Source: a virus
IMG/VR virus record: IMGVR_UViG_3300025151_000018
Coordinates: 1-64,000 of that record
Strand: one strand, 5' to 3'
Length of the DNA: 64,000 bases
In this document: positions 1-9,367 of the stretch, in pieces
How positions within the stretch are numbered: the first letter of the stretch is position 1
Layout: every line of letters begins with the position of its first letter
Notes under the pieces: generated by a model
Databases searched by the model: none
Seen by the model: only the letters and a program-made list of their open reading frames with translations
What the model was told of the DNA's origin: nothing
Translations under genes and position numbers: made by a program

Positions 1-44
1 CACTAAATGTTGCGAGGTCAGGTAATGAAACACATGATTGTGTT

Positions 45-3000
45 ATGCTGACTAATGATATTGATGAAGTCAAAGGCTATCTTGAACACAAATTGACCGA
101 TGAACAATTGGCTCAATTGAAGCCCGGACAATACCATGTGAACACAAACTATGAAGATACATCAGGCAATCAGGTTCTATTTGCGGTATGGCTAACTGAT
201 TATGATATGCCAGACCATGTAATTGAGGCTATCAATGGCTACATTCACTTCAAGAAGTTGCTTGAGCAATCTATTGAATCAAGGAATAATGATGATGATG
301 ACGATCTTGAAGAAGCCGATGAGGGTGAAGATATTATTGAGCCTGTATTGACCGAATTGGAGATTATTGAGTCAGAGTTTGAAGAAGATATATTTGATGA
401 GATTGTTGAAGATATTGAGGCTGATGAAGAAGTAGTTGAAGAGCCTGAAACTGATGAAGAATGCAATCATATTCATTGCGCCTATTGCCATTTGGATAAC
501 TGTTGCACTTGTGAAGAATGCTACATTGAGCCAGAGGTCAAAGAAGAAGAGCCAGAGGCCAAAAGAAGCCGTAAAGATATGGATGATAGAGTAGCAGATC
601 TTGAAAGGGCAGTTAATGCACTATTCTTTGATGACCTTGACATTCAAGGTGTTAATAATCCAGCAAGGATAACTGTATTGATTGCTGATATTGCTAATCA
701 CATGGGTTGCTCTGTTGATACTGTCAAGAGGGTGCTTGAACACATGGCGCATACCATTCACATGAATTTGAATAATTACAATCATCAAAATGGTAATGTG
801 TGGCATGATGATAATGGTGAATGGACTACCATAGAATGGCTACCAGAGCATGAATTAGACTATCAGGATAGAATTGTAGTCAAGTGCCAAAGAAGCCCAA
901 CAGGTCGCTTCAAGAGGCATACAGACATTGAGTTTAGAGTCATGGAGTTTAATCATGAAGTTGGATTGTTAGGTGCTAAAACACTACGAGATTATACCAA
1001 TGCACCTTCAAATGAAATATGGGGTCTTGAATCGATCTATCTTGAGAAGTTTCCACCTATGCCATGTCCTAAATGTGGCGAGAAGTTGAGTCAAGGTTCA
1101 TGGCATATTACTGATAGAGGTCAAGGTAATTCTAAGGCTTCAACCGATGGTAATGAAAGACCATTGCGTAATGATGGACTACAACCATTCATTCAAGTCA
1201 ATGTAGGCATTTCATGCTATAACTATGAATGTGATTATGAAGGATTAACTGCTACTAAGAAAATTGACTTAACCGATGTTATTGAGGCTACAATTCAATC
1301 TCAAGGACATGAAGATTACAAAGTTGTAGGCTACAATCCTGATGACATGGATATGACTCAATTCTATGAGGCTGACAATGGATATACCAGATATGGTAAA
1401 GAGCCTATTACAGAGGATTTAGAGGCTATTACAGAGGATTCTAATGATGCTGATGAGGTTGATATTACTCAATGGTATGAATGTCCTAACTGTAATCGCA
1501 ATACTGCCATACCTGTTGAGAATGGTGTTGATTATTGTAGCCATGATATTTGCTCATGGGTTGAAACTGATTGCTCTGTTTGCTTTGAATCAATGGGTGA
1601 ATGTGTATGCCCTGATGATGATGACGATCATGATGATGATGGAGGCATTACAGAGGATTCTAATGATGATGATGGTGGAGATACACCATCAGGTCTTGAG
1701 CGAATCTTTACGCTCAAAGTTATTGATGATAAATTACATCGCATTGAGGATTCACCAGAGATTGATGATGAATCACCAGAGGCATATCTATTACTTGATT
1801 GGGATAAGAAAATACCATACCAAATCCATAATGCAGGTTGCAACCATAGCAACCTATCCAATAACCATAGAGGTCAAATGGAGATAGTCTGTGAAGGCAC
1901 ATTAGAGGATTGTGTCAAGCATTACTTTGATGTTAATTTCTGTGAGAATGCTGAAACTATGTGGGGTAATGAAGAAGGATTCATGGTTGAGGATTTTGAC
2001 CGATACATGGAGATGACTGTTCAACAATTCAAGAATAGCGATATATGCAAAACTACCGTTCATCTGGGCTATGCACCATGTCTTTCAAGCGATTTCAAAG
2101 CGAGGCTCAAAGTCTTGAAGATCGGTGATGTTAGCGCACAAACATGGCGAGCAACCGCAGTTAGAATAGCAGCGCAAAATAACCCTGTAATTGATGATGA
2201 ATCACCAGAGCCAGAACCTGCTACAAGTGATGAGTATGATTCAAGATACGGTCATTATGCTAAGTGGTCTGTTCTAAGTGCTGATGATTGCACATTTGGT
2301 GTCAAAGCGTGTCGCAGGGTGAACAAGGATGTTGTTGTCATAGGATTATCAGATATAGGCAGCGCAGTATCACTTGAAACTGATGAGGCGGTTCATTACA
2401 TGGTTGCAAAGAATAACAATATGCAATTTGTCATCAATAATCTTGAGGATATGCACATAGACCAAAACGAATGGATCGATGATGATGTATATAGTGAAAA
2501 TAGGCATTGGTTTGGCAAAGTAGTAGCGGTTGGTGGCGATGTAGCAGAGTCTGTATTCAGCAACAAAGGAAGCACATCTATTGCTAAAATAATGGGTGTC
2601 CCGGTTGCTACTATTCATGGAGGATTTCAAGAAACTAATATCTTGAAGGCAACCGCAGCGAATTTAACAAAGACTCATCAAATGTATGACATAGCAAGTG
2701 AAACTGAAACAACCGATGTTATCATTAGACCTATGGCTTGTTCTTTCAATTCTATGCACTATCAATGGGGTCATAACTCCGACCAAAATAATACACTACA
2801 TGACATGGCTAACTTTGATGAAAGAGTATTCAAGAAAATGGTGTCAAACTTGATGAAAGGTGGGAAAAATGCTGGTGATGCTCATGGTTATGATTACTTG
2901 AGGTTCTTTGGCACTATTATTGATGCTAAGTCATTCAAGGAGTTTGCAATCGCATTGAATGGTGCTAAGAGTAATGACTCTGGTGTGTCATTGAGGATTT

Positions 3001-3173
3001 ACAATGCACACTATGATGGTGAATCATCAGGTCATTACTACGGACACAGACTATCTATTGTTGGTAGGAATTGGTCGGCTGACTTCTTCCATCAGGTTAA
3101 GCATAACTCTGTATTGGAGATACCAGAACATAGAGTCTTTGATGCTTCAAATATCTTCTTTGAGGACTGTTGA
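45..3173 (+). CDS. Large acidic multi-module (polyvalent-like) early protein with several Cys/Zn clusters and a probable HTH
   Basis: 1042-aa ORF; D/E-rich linkers; CxxC clusters (CAYC, CPKC, CPNC, CSVC); HTH-like IADIANHMGCSVDTVKRVL; repeated ITEDSND and IDDESPE linkers. Confidence 0.6.
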   Translation: MLTNDIDEVKGYLEHKLTDEQLAQLKPGQYHVNTNYEDTSGNQVLFAVWLTDYDMPDHVIEAINGYIHFKKLLEQSIESRNNDDDDDLEEADEGEDIIEPVLTELEIIESEFEEDIFDEIVEDIEADEEVVEEPETDEECNHIHCAYCHLDNCCTCEECYIEPEVKEEEPEAKRSRKDMDDRVADLERAVNALFFDDLDIQGVNNPARITVLIADIANHMGCSVDTVKRVLEHMAHTIHMNLNNYNHQNGNVWHDDNGEWTTIEWLPEHELDYQDRIVVKCQRSPTGRFKRHTDIEFRVMEFNHEVGLLGAKTLRDYTNAPSNEIWGLESIYLEKFPPMPCPKCGEKLSQGSWHITDRGQGNSKASTDGNERPLRNDGLQPFIQVNVGISCYNYECDYEGLTATKKIDLTDVIEATIQSQGHEDYKVVGYNPDDMDMTQFYEADNGYTRYGKEPITEDLEAITEDSNDADEVDITQWYECPNCNRNTAIPVENGVDYCSHDICSWVETDCSVCFESMGECVCPDDDDDHDDDGGITEDSNDDDGGDTPSGLERIFTLKVIDDKLHRIEDSPEIDDESPEAYLLLDWDKKIPYQIHNAGCNHSNLSNNHRGQMEIVCEGTLEDCVKHYFDVNFCENAETMWGNEEGFMVEDFDRYMEMTVQQFKNSDICKTTVHLGYAPCLSSDFKARLKVLKIGDVSAQTWRATAVRIAAQNNPVIDDESPEPEPATSDEYDSRYGHYAKWSVLSADDCTFGVKACRRVNKDVVVIGLSDIGSAVSLETDEAVHYMVAKNNNMQFVINNLEDMHIDQNEWIDDDVYSENRHWFGKVVAVGGDVAESVFSNKGSTSIAKIMGVPVATIHGGFQETNILKATAANLTKTHQMYDIASETETTDVIIRPMACSFNSMHYQWGHNSDQNNTLHDMANFDERVFKKMVSNLMKGGKNAGDAHGYDYLRFFGTIIDAKSFKEFAIALNGAKSNDSGVSLRIYNAHYDGESSGHYYGHRLSIVGRNWSADFFHQVKHNSVLEIPEHRVFDASNIFFEDC
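1428..1668 (+). repeat. 22-bp direct repeat ATTACAGAGGATTCTAATGATG at 1428-1449 and 1647-1668, partial copy at 1407-1419
   Basis: Read directly; spacing 219 nt (in frame), brackets a Cys-rich module. Confidence 0.9.
1761..2210 (+). repeat. 21-bp direct repeat ATTGATGATGAATCACCAGAG at 1761-1781 and 2190-2210
   Basis: Read directly; spacing 429 nt (in frame). Confidence 0.9.
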
Positions 3174-3204
3174 AGCACATCAATAGCAACATGGTGTATA
3201 GGAT

Positions 3205-3248
3205 AGGGGATAGAGGCGTGAATACAAATAGTCAAGCCTCTATCCCCT
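3205..3248. repeat. 13-bp perfect inverted repeat (hairpin)
   Basis: AGGGGATAGAGGC (3205-3217) and GCCTCTATCCCCT (3236-3248). Confidence 0.9.
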
Positions 3249-3267
3249 TCATACAGGGGAGATTCAA

Positions 3268-3495
3268 ATGGGTGTAAAGGATTGGATATTTGGCAACAAA
3301 GAGCCAGATCTCGCACCCATTACAATTCAGCAGTTTGAGCAATTGCTGATGAAACGCAGGGGTAATACAGGTAATGTCATTCTAAGGATAGGTGATGAAG
3401 AATATGCCCTGCTCAAGAAACAGGATTATCAGGACATCAAAGATCTCTTGACGATCCTAAGAAATCAATTCAAACTCACGGAGGATAGCCGATAA
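3268..3495 (+). CDS. Small protein with Phd/YefM antitoxin-like pattern
   Basis: ITIQQFEQLL...GNVILRIGDEEYALLKKQDYQDIKDLLTIL resembles the Phd/YefM consensus (PVIITRxGxxxAVLLSxEDYExLxETL); GGGGAG RBS upstream. Confidence 0.45.
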   Translation: MGVKDWIFGNKEPDLAPITIQQFEQLLMKRRGNTGNVILRIGDEEYALLKKQDYQDIKDLLTILRNQFKLTEDSR

Positions 3496-3550
3496 TGTTC
3501 TCATCATCCCTCAAATTCGGTTCTCAACAACCGGGTATCGGCTATCCTCC
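3480..3550. repeat. 15-bp perfect inverted repeat spanning the stop of the Phd-like gene
   Basis: GGAGGATAGCCGATA (3480-3494) and TATCGGCTATCCTCC (3536-3550), followed by ACTTTT. Confidence 0.9.
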
Positions 3551-3566
3551 ACTTTTACATTCATCA

Positions 3567-3625
3567 GCGTTTCAGCATGAAACGCATAGAAACTTTATAT
3601 GTTAGCATACCATCTGGGTATGGAG
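3567..3625 (+). promoter_or_regulatory. Archaeal BRE/TATA promoter flanked by two palindromes
   Basis: GAAACTTTATAT at 3589-3600; GCGTTTCA-gca-TGAAACGC at 3567-3585; CATACC-atctg-GGTATG at 3606-3622. Confidence 0.55.
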
Positions 3626-3718
3626 GTCGGAGTTATGCGACCCTATCCGATAGAAGTATTCATATAGACATACTCCTTCGGAACGACTAAGGCGCAGAGC
3701 GCATAAGACAAAGAGGTT

Positions 3719-5467
3719 ATGAAAATGAGCGAGATAATAATGGAGAACAATGAAGGTAATGAGGCTACAAACAAAGACATAGTAGTGGTGGGTAATATCC
3801 ATGCACTATCACAAACCCAGATGTGGGTTGTCTATGATACAGGTGCAACACAACAGGTAATCAAGGCTAACAGAGCAGATATTGGTGCATCAGGATCTCA
3901 AGGTATCGCATTACCTAATGGAGAAGGAAACGAATTGGCATTCTCATTCAAAGCGTGTGAATGTCCTAAGTGTCAAAACAACAACGACAATGTGCAAGAT
4001 GGCATGAATGATGAGGATTTAGATGCTATCAATGCAAGAAGGGTCAAGGTTGATGACGGAGATGACAAATCACACTTCTTCAAATGTTCAATGTGTAATG
4101 GTAAAGGTTCTATTACACAATTACCATCAGGTATGAATCCATTATACCCTGTTGAATTTGATGATATTGTTCAGAGCCTTGCTGATGGTGTAGTGCCAGA
4201 AGCAAGTCAAGTTATGTTCCCTTCTATGCTATCAGGTGGCAGGGCTAATACTGTTGATAATTGGAATGTTCCTATCAAGAGGGTTGATTTAACTGCGCCA
4301 TGTCCGATGACAGGCGAATCAATACCTGTATCACCAGCAATTGTAATGCACTTCAATGAATTGTATGCAAGTGAAACTATGCCTCATGGTATGCAAATTG
4401 GTAAAGCCAGAACAGGTGTATATCGCACAGTCCAACATCAAACTGTTATCATGCCTTGGATTGAGATATGTGAGCGTAATGGCTTAGATTACTCCATCTA
4501 TGGTGCTAATTTCGGTCAAGATGCTATCATGCAAATCAAACTCGTTGAAGGCTCTGATACTACAAAGGCTGACCTAATCAATTCTCTAAAGGCAGAGGGC
4601 ATCTATATGTCATCTGTTGATGAAGAAGGCAACCGAATACCACTATCACAAGACCCACGATCTGTGCTATCCTTTGGTATTCAAATCAAGTCCACATTTG
4701 ATGGTGCTATTACCTTTACAGGTGTCTGTGAAAGGCTTGCTTGCACTAATGGTATGATTGCTAAAGAAATGATGGCTCTCGCTGCTATTAACCACAAGAA
4801 TGGCTCTATTGACAAGATTAACTTTGGTGCTATGGCTAAGATTGTCCTTGATGCTGCTATGGCTCTATGGGATGAAATGTTCATGGTTGAGCAAATGAAT
4901 TTCATCAGTCTAACAGACAATGATGTTGAAAGAATTGCTTTACTCCTTGAAGCCGAGAAACTACTTGTAATGCCTAAACTCGGCAAGCAAGGTCAATTGA
5001 CAGGTGGCAGAGTATTCAGGGCTATGGTTGAAGGTTGGGCGCACCCAGAGCGTGAATTTGTAGCAGTTGGTGGCGACAACCCCGGTGAAATCAAATCCTT
5101 GAATCACCTATACAATGTCTATACAGGTATCTATACTCATCAGCAAGGCACTAATGATAAGTTTGGCTCTGTAAGTGGTGGTAAAGCCATTGGACTTGAT
5201 GCTACTACTAAGAATCTCAAGAAGGTTCATTCAGTCCTTAGAGATGTTCAACAATCAGCAATTACCGCATACAACAACAGATCTCAAGATGAGCAATCTA
5301 TGACTCTGAAAGAATATGTCGCAGCATTCGGTATTCCTATGCTTGAAGAAATGCCTCAATTAGATGAGGGCGGTTGGTTGCCAACAATCCACTACCTTGA
5401 TACTGATGGAAACGCAGAGAAGAGCCACAAATTGAATATGCACTACCATGCACCATTGGTGGCTTGA
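3719..5467 (+). CDS. DUF932-family protein with N-terminal Zn-binding insert
   Basis: STFDG...ERLACTNGMI matches the DUF932 hallmark (SHDG...RxxCxNG); CPKC and CSMC pairs near the N-terminus. Confidence 0.7.
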   Translation: MKMSEIIMENNEGNEATNKDIVVVGNIHALSQTQMWVVYDTGATQQVIKANRADIGASGSQGIALPNGEGNELAFSFKACECPKCQNNNDNVQDGMNDEDLDAINARRVKVDDGDDKSHFFKCSMCNGKGSITQLPSGMNPLYPVEFDDIVQSLADGVVPEASQVMFPSMLSGGRANTVDNWNVPIKRVDLTAPCPMTGESIPVSPAIVMHFNELYASETMPHGMQIGKARTGVYRTVQHQTVIMPWIEICERNGLDYSIYGANFGQDAIMQIKLVEGSDTTKADLINSLKAEGIYMSSVDEEGNRIPLSQDPRSVLSFGIQIKSTFDGAITFTGVCERLACTNGMIAKEMMALAAINHKNGSIDKINFGAMAKIVLDAAMALWDEMFMVEQMNFISLTDNDVERIALLLEAEKLLVMPKLGKQGQLTGGRVFRAMVEGWAHPEREFVAVGGDNPGEIKSLNHLYNVYTGIYTHQQGTNDKFGSVSGGKAIGLDATTKNLKKVHSVLRDVQQSAITAYNNRSQDEQSMTLKEYVAAFGIPMLEEMPQLDEGGWLPTIHYLDTDGNAEKSHKLNMHYHAPLVA

Positions 5468-5498
5468 ACGGGCTTAGAGGTCAAAGGAGAAGGTAATT

Positions 5499-6035
5499 AT
5501 GGCTATATCTAATGAAGAGCCGAGAATCCCTGTGGAGGTAGTATTCCGCATAGGTGAGAATCCTATGCGTGGTGCTATCACAGGTATGATTGCTCAAAGA
5601 ATTGAAGATAGTTTAGTTGATCCTGTGTATGCAATTATGCCATACTCTGATATTACTAATGCTGGTTGGAAACAGGCTGACATGGTTAGATGCTTTATTG
5701 CTGATGAGAATGGCATTGAAGAAGTGGCGGTTGAATGGACTACAATAGTGCGTGATACTACCCCTGCTACCCCAGAGCAATATGCTGGCTTAGAAGGCTA
5801 TCTTAGAGAGCATGGATGGGATATTACACCTATCAATGCTAATCAAGTCGATCATGCTACTCGCAAGATGGTTAAGAAAAAGAATCCTCAACCAGATAAT
5901 AATTTATTCAGCGATTCATCACAAAATGTTGAGGTAATCACAGAGGAATTTGAGATTACTCTTGATATTGTCAATGATGATATTGATTCTCAATCTGGCA
6001 TTGATAGTGATAAATTCAAGGAGGATTGGGCTTGA
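5499..6035 (+). CDS. Hypothetical protein
   Basis: 178-aa ORF with RBS, in operon. Confidence 0.7.
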   Translation: MAISNEEPRIPVEVVFRIGENPMRGAITGMIAQRIEDSLVDPVYAIMPYSDITNAGWKQADMVRCFIADENGIEEVAVEWTTIVRDTTPATPEQYAGLEGYLREHGWDITPINANQVDHATRKMVKKKNPQPDNNLFSDSSQNVEVITEEFEITLDIVNDDIDSQSGIDSDKFKEDWA

Positions 6036-6232
6036 GCAGCAGGGCAGACCACAGAACAGGTAAAACCACCTTTAGACAAAGAGATGGTATTTCACAGGTG
6101 TTTTGTTATGAATGTAGCACATTATTCAAGTCGCTTGATGGTTCACCATTAGGTCATACAGTTAGAACCTGCTTGAGATGTGGTGCTGAAACCAGCCATG
6201 AGATCCCAGAGGGCTTAGGTGAGGAAGAATGA
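6026..6232 (+). CDS. Zn-ribbon microprotein
   Basis: CYEC...CLRC; TTG start after GGAGG. Confidence 0.6.
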   Translation: MGLSSRADHRTGKTTFRQRDGISQVFCYECSTLFKSLDGSPLGHTVRTCLRCGAETSHEIPEGLGEEE

Positions 6233-6489
6233 TTACCTATCAATCAGTTAATCAGGTATTGCTTAACGAGGATAACCCTCTTTATGATATGTTCAACGAG
6301 GAACAATTGTGGTTAGATTTACAGGTTAAAGATGGACTAATTGTTATCATAAGCAATTATCCACACCCTGAAATATCATCATCACAGGCGAGAAAACTCA
6401 AGCAATATCTTGAGCCTCATATTGATTCAATGCCTATTTATTTACCCGGTGGGTTGATTGATCACTACATAGAAGGTGAAGAAAAATGA
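6229..6489 (+). CDS. Hypothetical protein
   Basis: ATGA-coupled ORF. Confidence 0.6.
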   Translation: MITYQSVNQVLLNEDNPLYDMFNEEQLWLDLQVKDGLIVIISNYPHPEISSSQARKLKQYLEPHIDSMPIYLPGGLIDHYIEGEEK

Positions 6490-6626
6490 GTCGTTCCTTG
6501 GTATGTGGAGATTGTGATACACACATGGATTTAATTCATGGAGGCCACATGATGGTTAAGAGCATCTATCATTACTGTTGCCCTGATTGCAAGAAATGGA
6601 CTACGCTTGAAGAAGGTGATGAATAA
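6486..6626 (+). CDS. Zn-ribbon microprotein, 46 aa (not in ORF track)
   Basis: MSRSLVCGDCDTHMD...YCCPDCKKWTTLEEGDE; overlaps both neighbours at stop/start. Confidence 0.7.
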   Translation: MSRSLVCGDCDTHMDLIHGGHMMVKSIYHYCCPDCKKWTTLEEGDE

Positions 6627-6901
6627 TGTCATCAGGCTTCAATGGTATAGTATTCACTAAGAAGCCACAGAAGCGCAAAGCAAAGGCTCTGTGGAATACT
6701 GTAAGGAGAGTATCAGGTATGCCACCTTCTATGATGGAATACAGACCACCTAACCGATGGCATATTGATGATGATGGAAACAAGATCTGGCGTAAAACTG
6801 CTGAATGGGTGATTCATCATGAAATGGGGAGATTTCTATTCAAGGGTTCAGCCCAGAAAGTAGCAGAGCAAATAGAAACAGAAGGGTTAGAATTAAATTG
6901 A
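6626..6901 (+). CDS. Hypothetical protein
   Basis: TAATG-coupled ORF. Confidence 0.6.
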   Translation: MSSGFNGIVFTKKPQKRKAKALWNTVRRVSGMPPSMMEYRPPNRWHIDDDGNKIWRKTAEWVIHHEMGRFLFKGSAQKVAEQIETEGLELN

Positions 6902-6933
6902 CTAACTCCTTCGGTTGGTTTGGCGGAATTGCT

Positions 6934-7500
6934 ATGAATATCTTTGTATTATCATTAAGTCCTATCTTGGCTTCAAGGTATATGTGTAATATCCATGTAG
7001 TCAAAATGACTCTTGAGTATATGCAAATGCTCGCTACTGTATTGTATCTGTTAGGTTTTACTGCTGACGATCTCAAGAATGCTGGTATTGTCAATAAGTC
7101 TGGTAATGCCTATTCTAAGACCCATCAGCATCACCCTTGTGTCAAGTGGCTATTAGAATCAGGTGCTAACCGTTTATGGCTCTGTGAGGCTGCTATTGAG
7201 GCAGCAAAGGAGTATGAGCGAAGGAGAGGTAAAGTCCATGCTTGTTATGCACCTATCACTAAAGCAGCGCACTTTATGATCGTCAATGACTTGTTAGAGT
7301 CAGGCGAGCCGACTCCATTTGCTCAAGCCATGCCAGATGAATACAAAGTCAATACAGGTAATCTTGATGATGCAGTTAAGGCATACCGGGCATTCTATGT
7401 TGCCGAGAAGTCTAATCTCAAAGGAAAACCATCTGAATGGTCGTCTATTACAGACCATAAGGTGTCTAAACCTAATTGGTATATGGAGGCTTTAGTATGA
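6934..7500 (+). CDS. Pyrimidine-dimer DNA glycosylase (DenV/Pyr_excise-like)
   Basis: MNIFVL...HVVKMxLEYxQML...THQHHPCVKW...TPFAQAMPDEYK...AYRAFY family signature. Confidence 0.8.
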   Translation: MNIFVLSLSPILASRYMCNIHVVKMTLEYMQMLATVLYLLGFTADDLKNAGIVNKSGNAYSKTHQHHPCVKWLLESGANRLWLCEAAIEAAKEYERRRGKVHACYAPITKAAHFMIVNDLLESGEPTPFAQAMPDEYKVNTGNLDDAVKAYRAFYVAEKSNLKGKPSEWSSITDHKVSKPNWYMEALV

Positions 7501-7685
7501 AGGACACATTAAATAGACAAGAGGGTGTCGGAGGCATCATGGCGAAGCCAAAGAAATTGAAATGGTCTGGCAAGAACTGTCCGACTTGTGGTAATAAGAC
7601 TGTAATGTTTCACATTGTTGAAGATGGTATTGAAATGATAGAATGGCATTGCGGTCATCAAAGAGGAATGGGGCGACCTGTATGA
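7497..7685 (+). CDS. Small Zn-finger-like protein
   Basis: CPTCG...WHCGH. Confidence 0.5.
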   Translation: MKDTLNRQEGVGGIMAKPKKLKWSGKNCPTCGNKTVMFHIVEDGIEMIEWHCGHQRGMGRPV

Positions 7686-9136
7686 GTAAAATAGAGTTAT
7701 ACAATTGGCAAATTGAAGCAGGTGATGCTATTCAAGATAGTATCGATCAAGGTGATGATGGTGCTGCCGTAGCAGCCATCACCGGGTCTGGTAAAACTAT
7801 GGTTGCTATTGAGGATATGAAGAAGTGGGAATTTAGACATCCAACAATTCATTGTCGCTTTACTGTTGTTGTTCCGACAAAGGCTTTGGCTATCCAATGG
7901 CGAGATGAAATGATTGAGCATGGTGTTGCTCAACCAGAAGAAATTGGTCGCATTGGTGGAGGCTCTATCAAAGGGTGGAAAGAAGGAATTAAGCATAAGG
8001 TCAATATCACTACTATTCAATCACTACAAAGAGGAAAGGGTAAATTGCTACAAATACACAATGATGATTATCACTATGTCATTGTTGATGAATGCCACAA
8101 TCTTAGAGGGGCTAAGAATAGAACCGCTTTAGCAGGTATTCGCACAGACTTTGTATTGGGTCTTAGTGCTACTCCACACCCTAATGATGAAGCAAGACAG
8201 ATCGTTGAGCAGGTAATTGGTAAAATTGTTTATTCATATCGTTATGCTCAAGCATTGGCTGACGGTGTTATTCCGCCTTTCGTGCTAAACTGTGTGAGAG
8301 TTAAGATGGATAGTGAGGAAACCAAAGAGGTTGAAAGGCTATCCAGATCTATCAAAAGATGTATGCAAGATGCTGAATACAATACCAGAGAAGAGAGGAA
8401 TAGACTTCATGCTATTGCTCGCAATCTGGGTTCACAAAGAAAGAGGATTCTTAACCGTGTCAAATCCCGTTCCCACATGGCATTGAGGATTATGGCTCAT
8501 CATGGTGATGTTCCCACCTTACTATTCCATGAGTCCACAGAAGATGTTGATAGGTTATCACAAATGACTCCGCATTTGAATGCAGCAGTATATCATAGTA
8601 ATCACCCTTCTAAGGATTCAGAGTTAGAGAGATTCAAGAATAAGGAAACAAACCATCTATACTCATGCCATGCTTTAACAGAGGGCTTCAATGTTCCCTT
8701 TGTTCAAGTGTCTGTAATGATGTCTGGCTCAAATGCACCACTAAGGAGAATACAAACTCTGGGGCGTTCCCTCCGTGGTAAAAGTGATGAGCCTAATCAA
8801 GTGTATTTCCTTTACATCGATCACAGAAAGGACATTGAAGGATTGCACAATCTAATTGAAACTGCTGACCTGCCACCAGAGGTAATCAAGCACTATGAGA
8901 TGACAGAGGATTGGATGAAGGAATTGCCACCACTACCGAGAAGAGAGAAGTGGATTCCTATTTCACCTAAGAATGGTGATGAAAGACCTAAGTGTGATAA
9001 GTGCGGAAGAACCTTCAAAGGTCAGGTTGGATTAAATACTCATCATTGTGTGCCATCCAGAAAGGGTTGGAATTGGGAGAAGAGTCTTGAAGAAGTTAAG
9101 GATATGACTTTTGATGAGTTTATGAGAGGTTTTTGA
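7682..9136 (+). CDS. Superfamily 2 DExH helicase (XPB/Rad25/UvsW-like) with C-terminal C2H2 finger
   Basis: TGSGKT, DECH, LSAT, EGFNVP, QTLGRSLR; CDKCGRTFKGQVGLNTHH. Confidence 0.9.
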   Translation: MSKIELYNWQIEAGDAIQDSIDQGDDGAAVAAITGSGKTMVAIEDMKKWEFRHPTIHCRFTVVVPTKALAIQWRDEMIEHGVAQPEEIGRIGGGSIKGWKEGIKHKVNITTIQSLQRGKGKLLQIHNDDYHYVIVDECHNLRGAKNRTALAGIRTDFVLGLSATPHPNDEARQIVEQVIGKIVYSYRYAQALADGVIPPFVLNCVRVKMDSEETKEVERLSRSIKRCMQDAEYNTREERNRLHAIARNLGSQRKRILNRVKSRSHMALRIMAHHGDVPTLLFHESTEDVDRLSQMTPHLNAAVYHSNHPSKDSELERFKNKETNHLYSCHALTEGFNVPFVQVSVMMSGSNAPLRRIQTLGRSLRGKSDEPNQVYFLYIDHRKDIEGLHNLIETADLPPEVIKHYEMTEDWMKELPPLPRREKWIPISPKNGDERPKCDKCGRTFKGQVGLNTHHCVPSRKGWNWEKSLEEVKDMTFDEFMRGF

Positions 9137-9137
9137 T

Positions 9138-9326
9138 ATGGTATATACTAATGAAAAATGCAGGTTCGGGCATAAGAAATGCACAGGTAAAGCGGAGATA
9201 AAGAACAAACATGGCGTTTATATGTGTAAGGTATGCCATGAAATATGGGTAAAACAACCACCGATTAAAAGAGATAGGCATGGTAATGCTATGCCTGAAT
9301 TTAGAATACACCATTTTAGTTTCTAA
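9138..9326 (+). CDS. Cys-rich microprotein
   Basis: CRFGHKKC...CKVCH. Confidence 0.55.
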   Translation: MVYTNEKCRFGHKKCTGKAEIKNKHGVYMCKVCHEIWVKQPPIKRDRHGNAMPEFRIHHFSF

Positions 9327-9367
9327 TTGAGCGTGGCATCATATACTCAAACCACTATCGGTTAATC

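Noticed and set aside
1407-2210. ORF1 direct repeats as a mini-CRISPR array
   Set aside because: Two different repeats, two full copies each, 219 and 429 nt apart, coding and in frame
3600-3718. tRNA or hammerhead ribozyme
   Set aside because: No cloverleaf with a T-loop GTTCRA and no CUGANGA/GAAA core found
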